55,620 nucleotides of DNA from Candidatus Micrarchaeota archaeon (lineage in GTDB: Archaea; Micrarchaeota; Micrarchaeia; Anstonellales; Bilamarchaeaceae): assembly GCA_018813505.1 (NCBI GenBank), contig JAHJBM010000011.1, positions 1 through 55,620 on the forward strand, given 5' to 3'. The translations under genes and the position numbers were made by a program. The notes beneath the pieces are model-generated. The model had not been told where the DNA came from, did no database searches, and saw only the letters and a program-made list of their open reading frames with translations. Shown here piece by piece: positions 8,857-19,087 of this stretch; position 1 is the first letter of the stretch; each line of letters starts with the position of its first letter.

Positions 8857-10665
8857 ATGCTTGAAAGAATAAAAGATGAGATGTCCTATCTGCTTGCAGG
8901 GGTTCTTGATATTCCTGCTGATGATATAAGATCAACGATCGAACCTGGAAAGGTTGGTGATTTTTCAAGTAAGATAGCATTTGTGCTTTCAAAAGAAAAA
9001 AAGGAAAATCCAACTAAACTTGCTGCTGAAATTACCTCAAAATTAAAAAAACACCTCTATTTTGAAAAGGTTGAATCAGCAGGACCTTACATAAATTTTT
9101 ATCTCAGCAATAAAGCATATTCACTAATACTTTCAGATATCCTCTCAAAAAAAGACAAATATGGTTCAGGAAAAAACAAAAAACAAAAAATAATTATCGA
9201 ATTTCCTGCTGTAAATCCAAACAAGCCCTGGCACATAGGACATTTGAGAAATGCGGTTCTTGGTAGTTCTGTCGCTCAAATACTCGAATTTGACGGGTAC
9301 GATGTTGAACGTATGGACTATATAGATGATCTCGGGCTTCAGGTTGCACAAAGTCTTTGGGGGTTCCTGAATTACGATTCCAATCCAAAAGGAAAACTGG
9401 ATTTTTGGCTTGGCGAGCAATATGTTGGCATAGCAAAAAAATTTGAGGAAGATAAAACCATCGTTGAAGGGGTGAGGAATGTTCTAAAGGCAATCGAAGA
9501 GGGGGATAATGAAATTGCAGAAGCCGGCAGAAAACTCGCTGAACAATGCGTACTTGCACAGTATGAGACTGCATTTAACTTCGGTGTTTTCCATGATGTC
9601 CTTGTTTTTGAAAGCGATATCATGCGTACAATATTCAAAGATGGTGTCAAGTATCTGCACAACTGCAAATCAGTGGTGGTTGAAAAAGAAGGCAAAAATG
9701 CTGGTTGTCTTGTGGTAAAACTTATAGGCGCGGAATTTAACAATCTGGAAAATCCGGACAAGGTGCTTGTAAGAAGCGATGGCACTGCAGTTTACACGGG
9801 AAAGGATATCATATTTCATCTATGGAAATTTGGCAAGCTAAAATCAAATTTTACCTATGTGCCATTCACAAAACAACCGAATGGAAAAACCGCTTACATG
9901 ACATCACCGAAAGGAAAGCCGATGGATTTTGCAATGACAGATAAAGCGATAAATGTAATCGGTGTCGAACAGAAGTATCCACAACAGGTTATTGTGGAGG
10001 TTTTCAAGAAACTTGGTTTTGCTGATGAAGCATCTAATCTTAGGCATCTTTCATACGAACACGTGGGTCTTCCTGAAGCAAAATTCTCTGGAAGAAAAGG
10101 CACATGGATTGGTTATACTGCTGATAATCTTCTTGAAGAGGCGCAGGAAAAGGTAATCGACAAGATAAAGATCGAGTTCTCAGATAAAGATAAAAAGAAA
10201 ATCGCAAAACTCGTTGGCGTAGCAGCCATCAGATTCTCATTCCTGAGAACCAATGCAGACAAACGCATTACATTCAAATGGGAAGAAGCACTTAATATGG
10301 AAGGGGATTCGGGTCCTTACGCGCAGTATGCATATGTACGTGCAAAAGCCATACTTGCAAAAACAACCAAAGAGCCGGATGCAGTGGAAATAGAATTCAA
10401 TGACAGCGAGAAAAAGGTCATAAAACAACTTGCTATTTTCTCCGACTATATAGGGCGTGCATCACGTGAACTCACACCTCATCATATAACCCAGTATGTG
10501 CTTGATGTTGCTGCTGGCTTCAGTTCTTTTTATGCAAGTTCACCTGTTCTGGCAGCAGAAGATAAAGAAGTAGTCAAAGCAAGATTAGCAATAACTGCTG
10601 CAACTTCGATAGTGCTGAAAAATGCGCTCAGGCTTCTTGTGATCGAATGCCCTGAAAAGATGTAA
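8857..10665 (+). CDS. argS: Arginine--tRNA ligase
   Basis: Class I HIGH motif PWHIGHLRNA. ArgRS N-terminal add-on domain. C-terminal DALR-type anticodon-binding region (GPYAQYAYVRAKAIL). ATG at 8857 is preferred to the upstream TTG. Confidence 0.92.
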   Translation: MLERIKDEMSYLLAGVLDIPADDIRSTIEPGKVGDFSSKIAFVLSKEKKENPTKLAAEITSKLKKHLYFEKVESAGPYINFYLSNKAYSLILSDILSKKDKYGSGKNKKQKIIIEFPAVNPNKPWHIGHLRNAVLGSSVAQILEFDGYDVERMDYIDDLGLQVAQSLWGFLNYDSNPKGKLDFWLGEQYVGIAKKFEEDKTIVEGVRNVLKAIEEGDNEIAEAGRKLAEQCVLAQYETAFNFGVFHDVLVFESDIMRTIFKDGVKYLHNCKSVVVEKEGKNAGCLVVKLIGAEFNNLENPDKVLVRSDGTAVYTGKDIIFHLWKFGKLKSNFTYVPFTKQPNGKTAYMTSPKGKPMDFAMTDKAINVIGVEQKYPQQVIVEVFKKLGFADEASNLRHLSYEHVGLPEAKFSGRKGTWIGYTADNLLEEAQEKVIDKIKIEFSDKDKKKIAKLVGVAAIRFSFLRTNADKRITFKWEEALNMEGDSGPYAQYAYVRAKAILAKTTKEPDAVEIEFNDSEKKVIKQLAIFSDYIGRASRELTPHHITQYVLDVAAGFSSFYASSPVLAAEDKEVVKARLAITAATSIVLKNALRLLVIECPEKM

Positions 10666-10717
10666 GGTATCTAATGTGCTCTCCAGATTCTTCAATATTC
10701 TTTTCTCTTAGTCAAAC

Positions 10718-10865
10718 TCAGCGTCGTCGCTGACACAAATAATTCTTCAATCGCTTCGATAGTAGTTGGGTATTTTTCTAAGGAGTACATATTCTCTTTT
10801 CCCAGCTAGACTTGTATTAGAAATTCTTTGAATTTCTAAACAGAACAAATGTTACAATTTGTTCT
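10718..10865. terminator. Three perfect hairpins in the convergent argS/ade intergenic region
   Basis: TCAGCG-tcgt-CGCTGA (10718-10733), AGAAATTC-ttt-GAATTTCT (10819-10837) and AGAACAAAT-gttaca-ATTTGTTCT (10842-10865). A terminator role is inference; archaeal termination usually relies on T-tracts. Confidence 0.3.
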
Positions 10866-10925
10866 TCGAGTCGTTGCTGAAGTTCTGTCACTCCCTGCCG
10901 TTCCGACAGCAGACAAATAGCAACC

Positions 10926-12629
10926 TTATAAAATTCTGAAATTTTTCACATCTACCAATCCTTTGTCAGTTATCTTAAGTTCAGGTATGACTTCCAAAGC
11001 CATGAATGAAAGTGTACCGAAAGGTTCTCTCATTTTACAACCTATCGCTTTAGCTTTTTTCTTCAGGTCTTCAAGTATTTTCCCAACTTTTTTATAATCA
11101 TCCTGGGTCATGATCCCTGCAATCGGAAGTTTCAACAACCCCAGCCCGGTCGTTCTACTATAAATCGCAAGTCCGCCACCATTTCTTATCAGTTCGTTTG
11201 CAACTTTGACAATCTCATCATCTGAAGTACCGACAACTATTATATTATGGCAATCATGGGCAACAGTAGAACCAATTGCACCATTTTTTATTCCAAAACC
11301 GGTTATCTGACCAGTTGATATGTTGCCATTTTTTCTGTATCTTTCTATGACTATTATTTTCAGTATACCTTTTTTCACGTCATATTCTTCAGTTATCTTC
11401 AGTTTTTTCCATCCGGTATGAAGGCTTCCGTCTTTTGCCACTATAATATTGCCAAGATGTTTTGTTGGGATTGCAATATCTTTTTTGTTTATCGGCTCGT
11501 GTTTTACCGTACTTTTTGCGTAAGCCGGATAGGTAAATTTTCCTCTGTTTGATACATGGCCTTTTGGGTAAACTTCTATTCCATTTACAAATACTATGTT
11601 CGGTTTGATTTTCTTTAGCGATTTACTCAGGAAAAAATTCGCTTTTAGACCTTGCTTTATGTTACCTATATCATCTAACCCGTAATATCCAGCACAGCTG
11701 TGTGTGGCACACCTTATTGTTATCAAAGGGTCATACCCAAGAGCAATAGCCTTGTTTACATTGAATAATATCGACCCATATCTATCAATATCAACAACGC
11801 TCTTGTCATCAGAACAGAAACAAATATGATCCGGATACGCGTCGATTATTCTGTATTGTTCTTTTCCAGAAACTTCGGCAGATCCTTCTCGTAAGAACAG
11901 CATTACGCCATATTCTGCTTTCTCTACCATCTCAGAGTATTCAAGTGATTCATGATCATCCATAATTCCGGCATCATAATATTTGTTCATCAGTTTTCCG
12001 CGTAATCCTGGCGCGTGTCCATTCACTACTTTTTTTCCGGCTGCGTTTATCTTTTCCATGATTCGTTTATTTCTTTTTATCACTGCAGGGAAGTCCATGA
12101 CCTCGCCAAGTCCGACTATTCTCTTGTTTTTCATCATCTTTTTTATTTCTTCTGCAGTAACTGTTGCTCCTGATGTGCCAAGGTCTGTTGCAGGTACGCA
12201 TGATGGTACGACAAAATAGAATTCAAGTGGCAAATTTTCACTCTCATTAAGAAACAGTTCAAGGCCTTTTATTCCAAGTATGTTGCATATCTCATGACTA
12301 TCAGCTATTACTGTTGTGGTGCCATGTTTTAGCACTGCTTTTGAAAACTCGGTTGGCGTCAGAAGTGAACTTTCAATATGAACATGCGCATCTATAAATC
12401 CAGGTATGAGGTACATTCCACGTGCATCTATTGTTTTTTCTGCTTTTTTATCAATTTTTTTACCTACTCTTTTAATTATTCCATTACTAATTATTATTTC
12501 TCCAGAAACTACGTTCATACTTTGTGTATCAACTATCTTAGCATTCACTATCTTTATTGTATTGTAAATTGCATCACTTCGTTTGCATTTACAATGCTGT
12601 AAAATTTTCATAAAATTTTCCATGCTCAT
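10926..12629 (-). CDS. ade: Adenine deaminase
   Basis: The amidohydrolase metal motif GFIDAHVHIESS, the length (567 aa) and the overall pattern are typical of Ade. Its start overlaps the RIO kinase stop by 4 nt (ATGA). Confidence 0.85.
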   Translation of the reverse strand: MSMENFMKILQHCKCKRSDAIYNTIKIVNAKIVDTQSMNVVSGEIIISNGIIKRVGKKIDKKAEKTIDARGMYLIPGFIDAHVHIESSLLTPTEFSKAVLKHGTTTVIADSHEICNILGIKGLELFLNESENLPLEFYFVVPSCVPATDLGTSGATVTAEEIKKMMKNKRIVGLGEVMDFPAVIKRNKRIMEKINAAGKKVVNGHAPGLRGKLMNKYYDAGIMDDHESLEYSEMVEKAEYGVMLFLREGSAEVSGKEQYRIIDAYPDHICFCSDDKSVVDIDRYGSILFNVNKAIALGYDPLITIRCATHSCAGYYGLDDIGNIKQGLKANFFLSKSLKKIKPNIVFVNGIEVYPKGHVSNRGKFTYPAYAKSTVKHEPINKKDIAIPTKHLGNIIVAKDGSLHTGWKKLKITEEYDVKKGILKIIVIERYRKNGNISTGQITGFGIKNGAIGSTVAHDCHNIIVVGTSDDEIVKVANELIRNGGGLAIYSRTTGLGLLKLPIAGIMTQDDYKKVGKILEDLKKKAKAIGCKMREPFGTLSFMALEVIPELKITDKGLVDVKNFRIL

Positions 12630-13360
12630 TTTTTACCTCTGATCCAGTCAATGACTTTATCATAATCCCGTTTTATGCCGTGCTTCCCAAAATATTTGAC
12701 AATATTCCTTACATCCCTTTCAAGAAATTGTTCTGCGTGCGGATGGCCTTTTACAACTCCCTGGCCAAAATCTATGAGGTATGGTATTTTTCCCATCATA
12801 ATGTTGTATTCACTCATATCGGTATGTACAAGGCCCGCATCATACATTCCTTTAATATCTTTCAATATAGATTCAAGATCTTTCTCTCCGTGCAATGGTC
12901 CAACCATATTCATTGTAGGATATGGTAGTTCTCCCTCTCCGAGAAATTCCATTACTATCATATTATCAATCAGGTAATACACTTGCGGGGCGTGGATTTT
13001 TTTCTTTTCACATATCTGGAGATTTTTAAATTCCTTTCTTGCAAATGCCTTCACTATCTCTTTTTCCGTATGTTTTATCCTATCAAATCTTGGGTCGCCA
13101 TCAAGATAAAGGTCTCTTCTGAAAAATTTTGCAGTTTCTACCTTATAAATTTTGATTGCTACGTATGTACCATCAGTTGTCGTGGCACGAAATACATTGG
13201 CTTCTTTTCCTGTTGATATCGGGTAGTCAACAGTGGCAATAATATCCTTTTTCATCAATTTTGAAAGATCTAGAAGTGTTTTACGGTCAAAAACCTCGCT
13301 TTCTATTTTAATCCGTTCTTTGAGCTGATGAATCTCTCGTAAGGGTTTTTTTCTTGCCAT
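12626..13360 (-). CDS. rio1: RIO-type serine protein kinase (Rio1-like)
   Basis: ISTGKEANVF (RIO P-loop STGKEA), catalytic HTDMSEYNIM, and metal-binding IDFGQ. Confidence 0.88.
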   Translation of the reverse strand: MARKKPLREIHQLKERIKIESEVFDRKTLLDLSKLMKKDIIATVDYPISTGKEANVFRATTTDGTYVAIKIYKVETAKFFRRDLYLDGDPRFDRIKHTEKEIVKAFARKEFKNLQICEKKKIHAPQVYYLIDNMIVMEFLGEGELPYPTMNMVGPLHGEKDLESILKDIKGMYDAGLVHTDMSEYNIMMGKIPYLIDFGQGVVKGHPHAEQFLERDVRNIVKYFGKHGIKRDYDKVIDWIRGKK

Positions 13361-13440
13361 ACTTGAGATAGGTAGCTATTTTTTATAAAGTCAGAGTATA
13401 AGTCACAAGTCTTGGGATAATGTACAAATATCGTTTTTGT

Positions 13441-14064
13441 TTATGTTTCCTTCAAACGTCCAAGAAGGCACCAGTGATTTCCGTTATCTCTGCAAATACT
13501 CAAAATCTTAAAATTTTTGAAATCTTTTTTCATCAGTGTTTTTGTGTATATAAAATGAGGTACTCCTTTTTCTTTGCCATCCAATGGGGTATAAGTTCGT
13601 GGTTCCGACATCATAAATGCTGTTGCTCCTTGTTTGCGTTTATTTGCAGCGACTGTGATAAAAATAAGCCCACCTGGTTTCAGAACTCTTTCAATTTCTG
13701 AAATACAAAATTTTACTTTTTCGTGAAAATTATGGTGGATGACTTGTGTAGAAATAATCGCATCAAAGCGTTTATCCTTGAACGGAAATTTTTCATAACA
13801 AGAATGTTCTTTTAGTTTGGCGCAAAGATTTTTTTCTTTAAGCCATTTTCTAGTCATTTTCAAACCTGTTTTTGATATATCTGTTGCATAGACATCAAAA
13901 CCTTGCTTTGCAAATAATACTGTATGCCTGCCCGAACCACACCCCAAATCAAGAATCTTTCTTACCTTTTCTTTTTTGAGAAGTTTGATTATTTTTTCCA
14001 TGTCCTCTTGAGCAGTCAAGAAAACCTTCCCATCTTTTTTAAATATGGATTCCCAATCTCCCAT
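13441..14064 (-). CDS. Class I SAM-dependent methyltransferase
   Basis: Motif I ILDLGCGSGRHT and post-I/II pattern, plus LKPGGLIFI. No substrate can be assigned. Confidence 0.75.
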   Translation of the reverse strand: MGDWESIFKKDGKVFLTAQEDMEKIIKLLKKEKVRKILDLGCGSGRHTVLFAKQGFDVYATDISKTGLKMTRKWLKEKNLCAKLKEHSCYEKFPFKDKRFDAIISTQVIHHNFHEKVKFCISEIERVLKPGGLIFITVAANKRKQGATAFMMSEPRTYTPLDGKEKGVPHFIYTKTLMKKDFKNFKILSICRDNGNHWCLLGRLKET

Positions 14065-14159
14065 AGAACTATTGATTTATATGACGATTAATAAATGTTT
14101 GGAAATATACATTCTGCTTCAAGATTTCGGATTTATAAAATATGATAAAAAAATTAGAA

Positions 14160-14516
14160 TTATACGTGTCCTTCTTCTTTGAGTATCCTAGCTTGTACTG
14201 GCCAGTATCTCCAGATGACATCTCCTTTCTTCTCGCCTTCTATTTCCCAAGGCTTTACTATAACTACGTCTCCTTCTCTCACCCAGACTCTGTTCCTTAG
14301 CTTTCCTGGGATTCTGCACATTCTTTCTTTACCATCTTTGCATGCAACTTTCATGCGTGAGCCACCCATAAGTCCCAGAACAACTCCCATGACTTCTCCG
14401 TCTTTTGGGTATCTCATTCTTCTTCTTTCTTCTTCCATGCTTACAGGGTCACGAGGTGTTTTCTTTTTACCGCCGCCTCTGTTACCCCCACGTTGCATTC
14501 CTCTATATCCACCCAA
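14160..14516 (-). CDS. eif1a: Translation initiation factor aIF-1A
   Basis: S1/OB core CRIPGKLRNRVWVREGDVVIVKPWE. It carries an unusual Gly/Arg-rich N-terminal tail. Confidence 0.9.
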   Translation of the reverse strand: MGGYRGMQRGGNRGGGKKKTPRDPVSMEEERRRMRYPKDGEVMGVVLGLMGGSRMKVACKDGKERMCRIPGKLRNRVWVREGDVVIVKPWEIEGEKKGDVIWRYWPVQARILKEEGHV

Positions 14517-14520
14517 TATA

Positions 14521-14931
14521 TCACCTTATGGCTGCCCGAGCCCCGCAACTTTCGCATATTATATTGCGTATTCTTCCAGACTCTTCTATGTGCGTGTCTG
14601 GTCGTTTGCATTCTTTGCACATTACATATTTAAGTACTAGTTCTTCAAGTTTTTTATTCAGTATGTCTCCTGTAAGTCTTCTTTGAAGTATTAGTCTCTC
14701 AGTCTTTATCTCGACAGGTACTGCCAATTCTTTTGATAAATATTTTGATATAAATTGCGGGTCTCTTCTTATCTTTTCTGCAACTGCTTTAAAATTTTTG
14801 ATTATTGTTTTATTTCCCTCAGTAAAATACTCGAATTTTGGCATTTCAAATCGTTCACCGCTCATTGCACGTTTTGGAAGATTAGAATAAACATCATCCA
14901 GTAACTGTTCATAATTTTTATCAGAACTCAT
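14521..14931 (-). CDS. eif2b: Translation initiation factor aIF-2 beta subunit
   Basis: C-terminal zinc ribbon CKECKRPDT...CESCGA and the conserved central helix-turn-helix region. ATG at 14931 (MSSDKNY) is preferred to 14946. Confidence 0.88.
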   Translation of the reverse strand: MSSDKNYEQLLDDVYSNLPKRAMSGERFEMPKFEYFTEGNKTIIKNFKAVAEKIRRDPQFISKYLSKELAVPVEIKTERLILQRRLTGDILNKKLEELVLKYVMCKECKRPDTHIEESGRIRNIICESCGARAAIR

Positions 14932-15043
14932 AGAGAGAAATAACAAAGGGAATAGTTTAAAAATGGAGGTTTGATACGATCAATAGTAACCACATCAGTG
15001 TCAACACACATATTTTAATGGTTGTGGTCGATATTATCTCTTC

Positions 15044-15703
15044 ATGAAAGCAGAGATATCCTTACCTCCAAAGTGCAGTGAATTTTGTCTGAAAGTAGAT
15101 CCTTCAGATCGTGCTAAATTCTGTAGATTTCTTCAGAGAACGTCATGGGTTCCCGAGACTATAGAGAGACTTGGGAAAAGAGCCAGAAAACCTGGCGCAA
15201 CAAAGATCAATACTGTCGGTCTGGAAGCAGTCACATCTCATTTCGTTCAACTCGTTCCATTGGAAGAGGAGTGTCTCAGATACATTCCTCCACCTCCAAA
15301 AGTATCGGTTGAAGAAGTACCAATAGCCTCTTCAAACGTATCAGTTGATTCTTCTTTTTGGGCACTCAAATTCCGTGCGCACGAAGATTGGTGGACTTCA
15401 AGTGGTGACGAGATATTAAAGAATGGCATTCTCGGGAAAAAGCCTATCGCAGATATATTTCTAGAATTACGTGAAAGCATAAAAAAATTTTTTCAGGGCA
15501 TTGGCCTTGGAAGTAATAGGGATTTTGCTGAAGAAGTTCGATTCCGTGTTGTCTATCTTGGCCTCACAACTCAATACCTGGAACTTGCAAAACCATCATT
15601 AGTTGGGAAGCCTGAGGCAGTAGTTGGATCGAGAGGTTCAAACAATCCAGATCCAGTGCCTCCTCGCTCACGTAATACGAAACCAAAAAAGAACAGATCA
15701 TAA
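15044..15703 (+). CDS. Hypothetical protein (orphan), Pro/Lys/Arg-rich C-terminal tail
   Basis: Long clean ORF on the strand opposite to its housekeeping neighbours. No motif recognised. Tail NPDPVPPRSRNTKPKKNRS. Confidence 0.55.
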   Translation: MKAEISLPPKCSEFCLKVDPSDRAKFCRFLQRTSWVPETIERLGKRARKPGATKINTVGLEAVTSHFVQLVPLEEECLRYIPPPPKVSVEEVPIASSNVSVDSSFWALKFRAHEDWWTSSGDEILKNGILGKKPIADIFLELRESIKKFFQGIGLGSNRDFAEEVRFRVVYLGLTTQYLELAKPSLVGKPEAVVGSRGSNNPDPVPPRSRNTKPKKNRS

Positions 15704-15793
15704 AAATGATCAATATCATCATTTTTTACATTATTCTTGCTTGGGGTAGAGTGTCAAAAGGTATTTTAATATGTATACTTAAATATCATCGTA

Positions 15794-17275
15794 ATGATAG
15801 CAAAAAAAGACCTCACTCCTGGGAATCCTAATCCTACTCATGCCAATGGTGTTAAGAAGCCGAAAATACCAAATCCTCCATTACTATCTGGTCCTGATGA
15901 TTTTTCTGATCTTCGAGGTCTTGCCAGGTCTCATATCCATCATGGTTCTAGAACTGAACAAAGAATATTTTTGGCAGTATGTTCCGGTAAAACAAATAGC
16001 GAACTTGGGAAAATTTGTGGCAGGTCTGCCTCATCAATGGCATTTTTTTTGTGTATTCGTAGGGAGGCTCTAATTGAATTTGCAGAACTGCATGATCATG
16101 TTGTTGGTAAACCGCGTGCTTTTCTAAAACGAATCTATGGTTATCGGCCAATACCAGATCGTTATGCGGCAACTATCCCGGTGTTTACAACGTCAGATCA
16201 AGCAAATAAACCCGGGAAAAATCCTCATAAATCTAATGCTGTAAAACGACCACCTCTAAATCATACTTATCAAAAGGTCGAATCTGCTGAACCTGCAGTT
16301 GTAAGAAGAGAACCTGGATCAATGGAAATTCTGGTTGATTCCAATCCGACAAAACAAAAGCCCGTAGAAAAACTGCCTGAAATTCCCACTGGGGTAGATG
16401 GTTACCGGTGGTTGAGGGGAAAAATTAATTTTGTGCAGACATTGCTTGAACGCTCTGACTGGGACTCGAGTGACGCTGCATGCGAAGCTATCAGAGAGCG
16501 TTTAGCACGCAGATTTTCTGATGGCAATCCAACAATCTCGGAGGTACGTACTCAGATCAAAGCTCTCAGCACTTTAGCTGCAAAGAATGATGGGCCATAT
16601 ATATGGACAGAAGTATCAAACATTGCGTTTGTCCAGATCCTTTCAGCTCATACGGACGCATCTGATTCTGAACTCGCACAGTTATTGAATTCAAGAGTTG
16701 GGTGTTATGTCCCATATCCCGCAACTGCGGATGATGTCAAAAGAAAACGAGAATATCTGGAAGGAGTCGTTAAAAAACGGCGTCCAAAAGAGCTATTTGT
16801 AGAATCTGCGATTGGGAGTAACTCTGGTTGTGATAGTATCGATAGTTCTAATGATAGAGAATTTATTATGTGGGATGAGCTACGGACATTTGCAATCTCA
16901 TTAATGAACCAACTAACTTCAGATGGGGTCAGTGTAAATCCGCGTATCTTGTTGAAGGAATTATCTATAAGATATTCGAAGATAAAACATGTGCAAAATC
17001 TCGGCGATCTTGAAAGAAATAGTCTAGCCTGGTTTCTGTCATGGAATGCATCAACCAAACCAATCGAAAGAAAAAAAGACGCCCCTCCAAGATCAAAACC
17101 CATGATAAAACCAACTGGGGTTTTGAATGAAGAAATTGTGGCCGAGATAAAAAGATTGTCTGAATTTGGCAGTTCAGATGCACACGTTCTAAATCAGCTT
17201 GTTTTGAAATATCGAGGATTAAGCGGTAAGCTAACCCCGGGAGATATAGCAAAAATTCGTTCCAACAAACAATAA
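15794..17275 (+). CDS. Hypothetical protein (orphan) with several HTH-like segments
   Basis: 493-aa ORF. Segments such as TNSELGKICGRSASS, SDSELAQLLNSR and LTPGDIAKIR look like helix-turn-helix cores. No catalytic motif recognised. Confidence 0.55.
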   Translation: MIAKKDLTPGNPNPTHANGVKKPKIPNPPLLSGPDDFSDLRGLARSHIHHGSRTEQRIFLAVCSGKTNSELGKICGRSASSMAFFLCIRREALIEFAELHDHVVGKPRAFLKRIYGYRPIPDRYAATIPVFTTSDQANKPGKNPHKSNAVKRPPLNHTYQKVESAEPAVVRREPGSMEILVDSNPTKQKPVEKLPEIPTGVDGYRWLRGKINFVQTLLERSDWDSSDAACEAIRERLARRFSDGNPTISEVRTQIKALSTLAAKNDGPYIWTEVSNIAFVQILSAHTDASDSELAQLLNSRVGCYVPYPATADDVKRKREYLEGVVKKRRPKELFVESAIGSNSGCDSIDSSNDREFIMWDELRTFAISLMNQLTSDGVSVNPRILLKELSIRYSKIKHVQNLGDLERNSLAWFLSWNASTKPIERKKDAPPRSKPMIKPTGVLNEEIVAEIKRLSEFGSSDAHVLNQLVLKYRGLSGKLTPGDIAKIRSNKQ

Positions 17276-17291
17276 AATTAGAAATAAAAAA

Positions 17292-18545
17292 TTAAGTTCC
17301 TTCTTCCCAGCTTCCAAGATATTTTTTCTGTTCCTCTGTCAGTTCGTCTTTTTTGACTCCCATAACTTCGAGCTGAAGCTCTGCAATGTGATTGTCTATC
17401 TCTTCAGGTAGTGTGATCACTTTTGATCCGAGTTTTCCCTTGTGTTTCACAAGATATTCGCATGCAAATGCCTGACCTGCAAAAGATGTTGCCATGACCT
17501 CTGACGGGTGTCCTTCGGCTGCACCAAGATTAACAAGTCTTCCTTCAGCCGCAACAAATATTTTCTTCCCATCAATTTCATATTCATCAAGGAACGGTCT
17601 TATCTTTCTTTTTTTGGCTGCGTTTTCCAGGCCCGCAACATCTATCTCGTTGTCGAAATGCCCTGAGTTTGCAAGTATGGTTCCATTCTTCATTGCTTTC
17701 ATATGCTCAAGTCGTATCACGTGTTTGTCTCCAGTGACAGTGAGAAATATTTCTCCGATTTTTACAGCTTCTGCCATCGGCATCACTCTATAGCCGTCAA
17801 GCACCGCCTTCATTGCCCTGAATGCATCGACCTCGGTTACGATTACATTCGCTCCCATGCCGCTTGCACGCATTGCGACTCCTTTTCCACAGTCGCCATA
17901 GCCGCACACTACAAATATTTTTCCTGCAATCAGTATGTTGCTCGCCCTGAGCAGTCCGTCTATGGATGACTGCCCGGTTCCATAATAGTTATCCAGAAGA
18001 TGTTTGGTTTTGTTATCATTCACTGCAATCATTGGGCATTTAAGTACATTGTCCCTTTCCATTGCCTTCAATCTGATAATGCCGGTGGTCGTTTCTTCGC
18101 AACCGCCAATTATCTTTGGGATCATATGCTGGTGCTTTGTGTGTATGGCAGTTACAAGATCGCATCCATCATCTATAGTAATATCTGGGTTGTGTGAAAT
18201 CACCTTTTCAATATACTTGTAATAATCCTCTTTGTTCTCCCCTTTATACGCATAGACATGCACCCCTTGTTCTGCAAGTGCAGCAGCCACATCATCTTGT
18301 GTACTTAATGGATTACAACTTGCAAGAGCTACCTTTGCTCCGCCGGCAATAAGCGTTTTCACAAGCACTGCGGTTTCCTTTGTAACATGCAATGCAAGTG
18401 CTATTGTTAGTCCTTCGAATGGTTTTTCTTTTTCAAAGCGTTTTCTTATTTTTTGCATTATAGCCATGTGCATTTCTGCAAATTCTATATTCAGATGTCC
18501 TTGTTTTGCAAGACTTATGTCTTTTACTTCATAGTCATTATCCAT
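17292..18545 (-). CDS. ahcY: Adenosylhomocysteinase
   Basis: Full-length match to the SAH hydrolase pattern (SCNPLSTQDDVAAAL, the NAD-binding GYGDCGKG, HFDNEID). Confidence 0.93.
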   Translation of the reverse strand: MDNDYEVKDISLAKQGHLNIEFAEMHMAIMQKIRKRFEKEKPFEGLTIALALHVTKETAVLVKTLIAGGAKVALASCNPLSTQDDVAAALAEQGVHVYAYKGENKEDYYKYIEKVISHNPDITIDDGCDLVTAIHTKHQHMIPKIIGGCEETTTGIIRLKAMERDNVLKCPMIAVNDNKTKHLLDNYYGTGQSSIDGLLRASNILIAGKIFVVCGYGDCGKGVAMRASGMGANVIVTEVDAFRAMKAVLDGYRVMPMAEAVKIGEIFLTVTGDKHVIRLEHMKAMKNGTILANSGHFDNEIDVAGLENAAKKRKIRPFLDEYEIDGKKIFVAAEGRLVNLGAAEGHPSEVMATSFAGQAFACEYLVKHKGKLGSKVITLPEEIDNHIAELQLEVMGVKKDELTEEQKKYLGSWEEGT

Positions 18546-18723
18546 TCAAATCACCAAAACCAAAATAAGTTAATGATATTAATCATAATGTATAAATGTT
18601 AATATTAAAAAGATAGTCATTAGGAAAACAGTGTCCATTATCCACAGGTCCTTTGCATAATTACATACCAATTTAAATATATCTACTTTCATATATATCT
18701 AAAATTGTTATATCCCAAAATTG

Positions 18724-19083
18724 ATGTTTATGCATTGTGAACTAAAACTAAAGAAGGGTATCGAAAAGAAAGTTATGCATGCTGCTTTTCGCGCATTTGT
18801 ACTTTGGCTTATATCAACCGATGATATGCACGGTTACGAGATAATTAAGAAACTCAGAGTTGATAGTGGAATGCCAAACATAGGTGCAAGCCGCATATAT
18901 CCGTTGCTTTCAAAATTAACAAATGATGGAATGATAACACAAAAAAAGAAGATGGATGGTAAACGGATCAAAAAAGTTTATGCCATAACAAAAAAAGGCA
19001 TACTGGTGCTCAAAGCAGCCAGATCACATCTTCATTCAAGTCCATTAAGATTACAGTATCTTAGATACCTTGTGGAGTGTTAA
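18724..19083 (+). CDS. PadR-family transcriptional regulator
   Basis: MHGYEIIKKL...IYPLLSKLTNDGMI...KKVYAITKKG is the PadR winged-helix signature. It is the first gene of the ABC operon. Confidence 0.8.
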   Translation: MFMHCELKLKKGIEKKVMHAAFRAFVLWLISTDDMHGYEIIKKLRVDSGMPNIGASRIYPLLSKLTNDGMITQKKKMDGKRIKKVYAITKKGILVLKAARSHLHSSPLRLQYLRYLVEC

Positions 19084-19087
19084 TATT

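Noticed and set aside
10666-10925. Possible gene relics on the minus strand of the argS/ade spacer (a 32-aa ORF MYSLEKYPTTIEAIEEL... and an ATG-less frame ...SERQGVTELQQRLEEQIVTF...)
   Set aside because: They are too short, lack starts or any motif, and cannot be told apart from chance in 260 nt. Only the three hairpins are reported.
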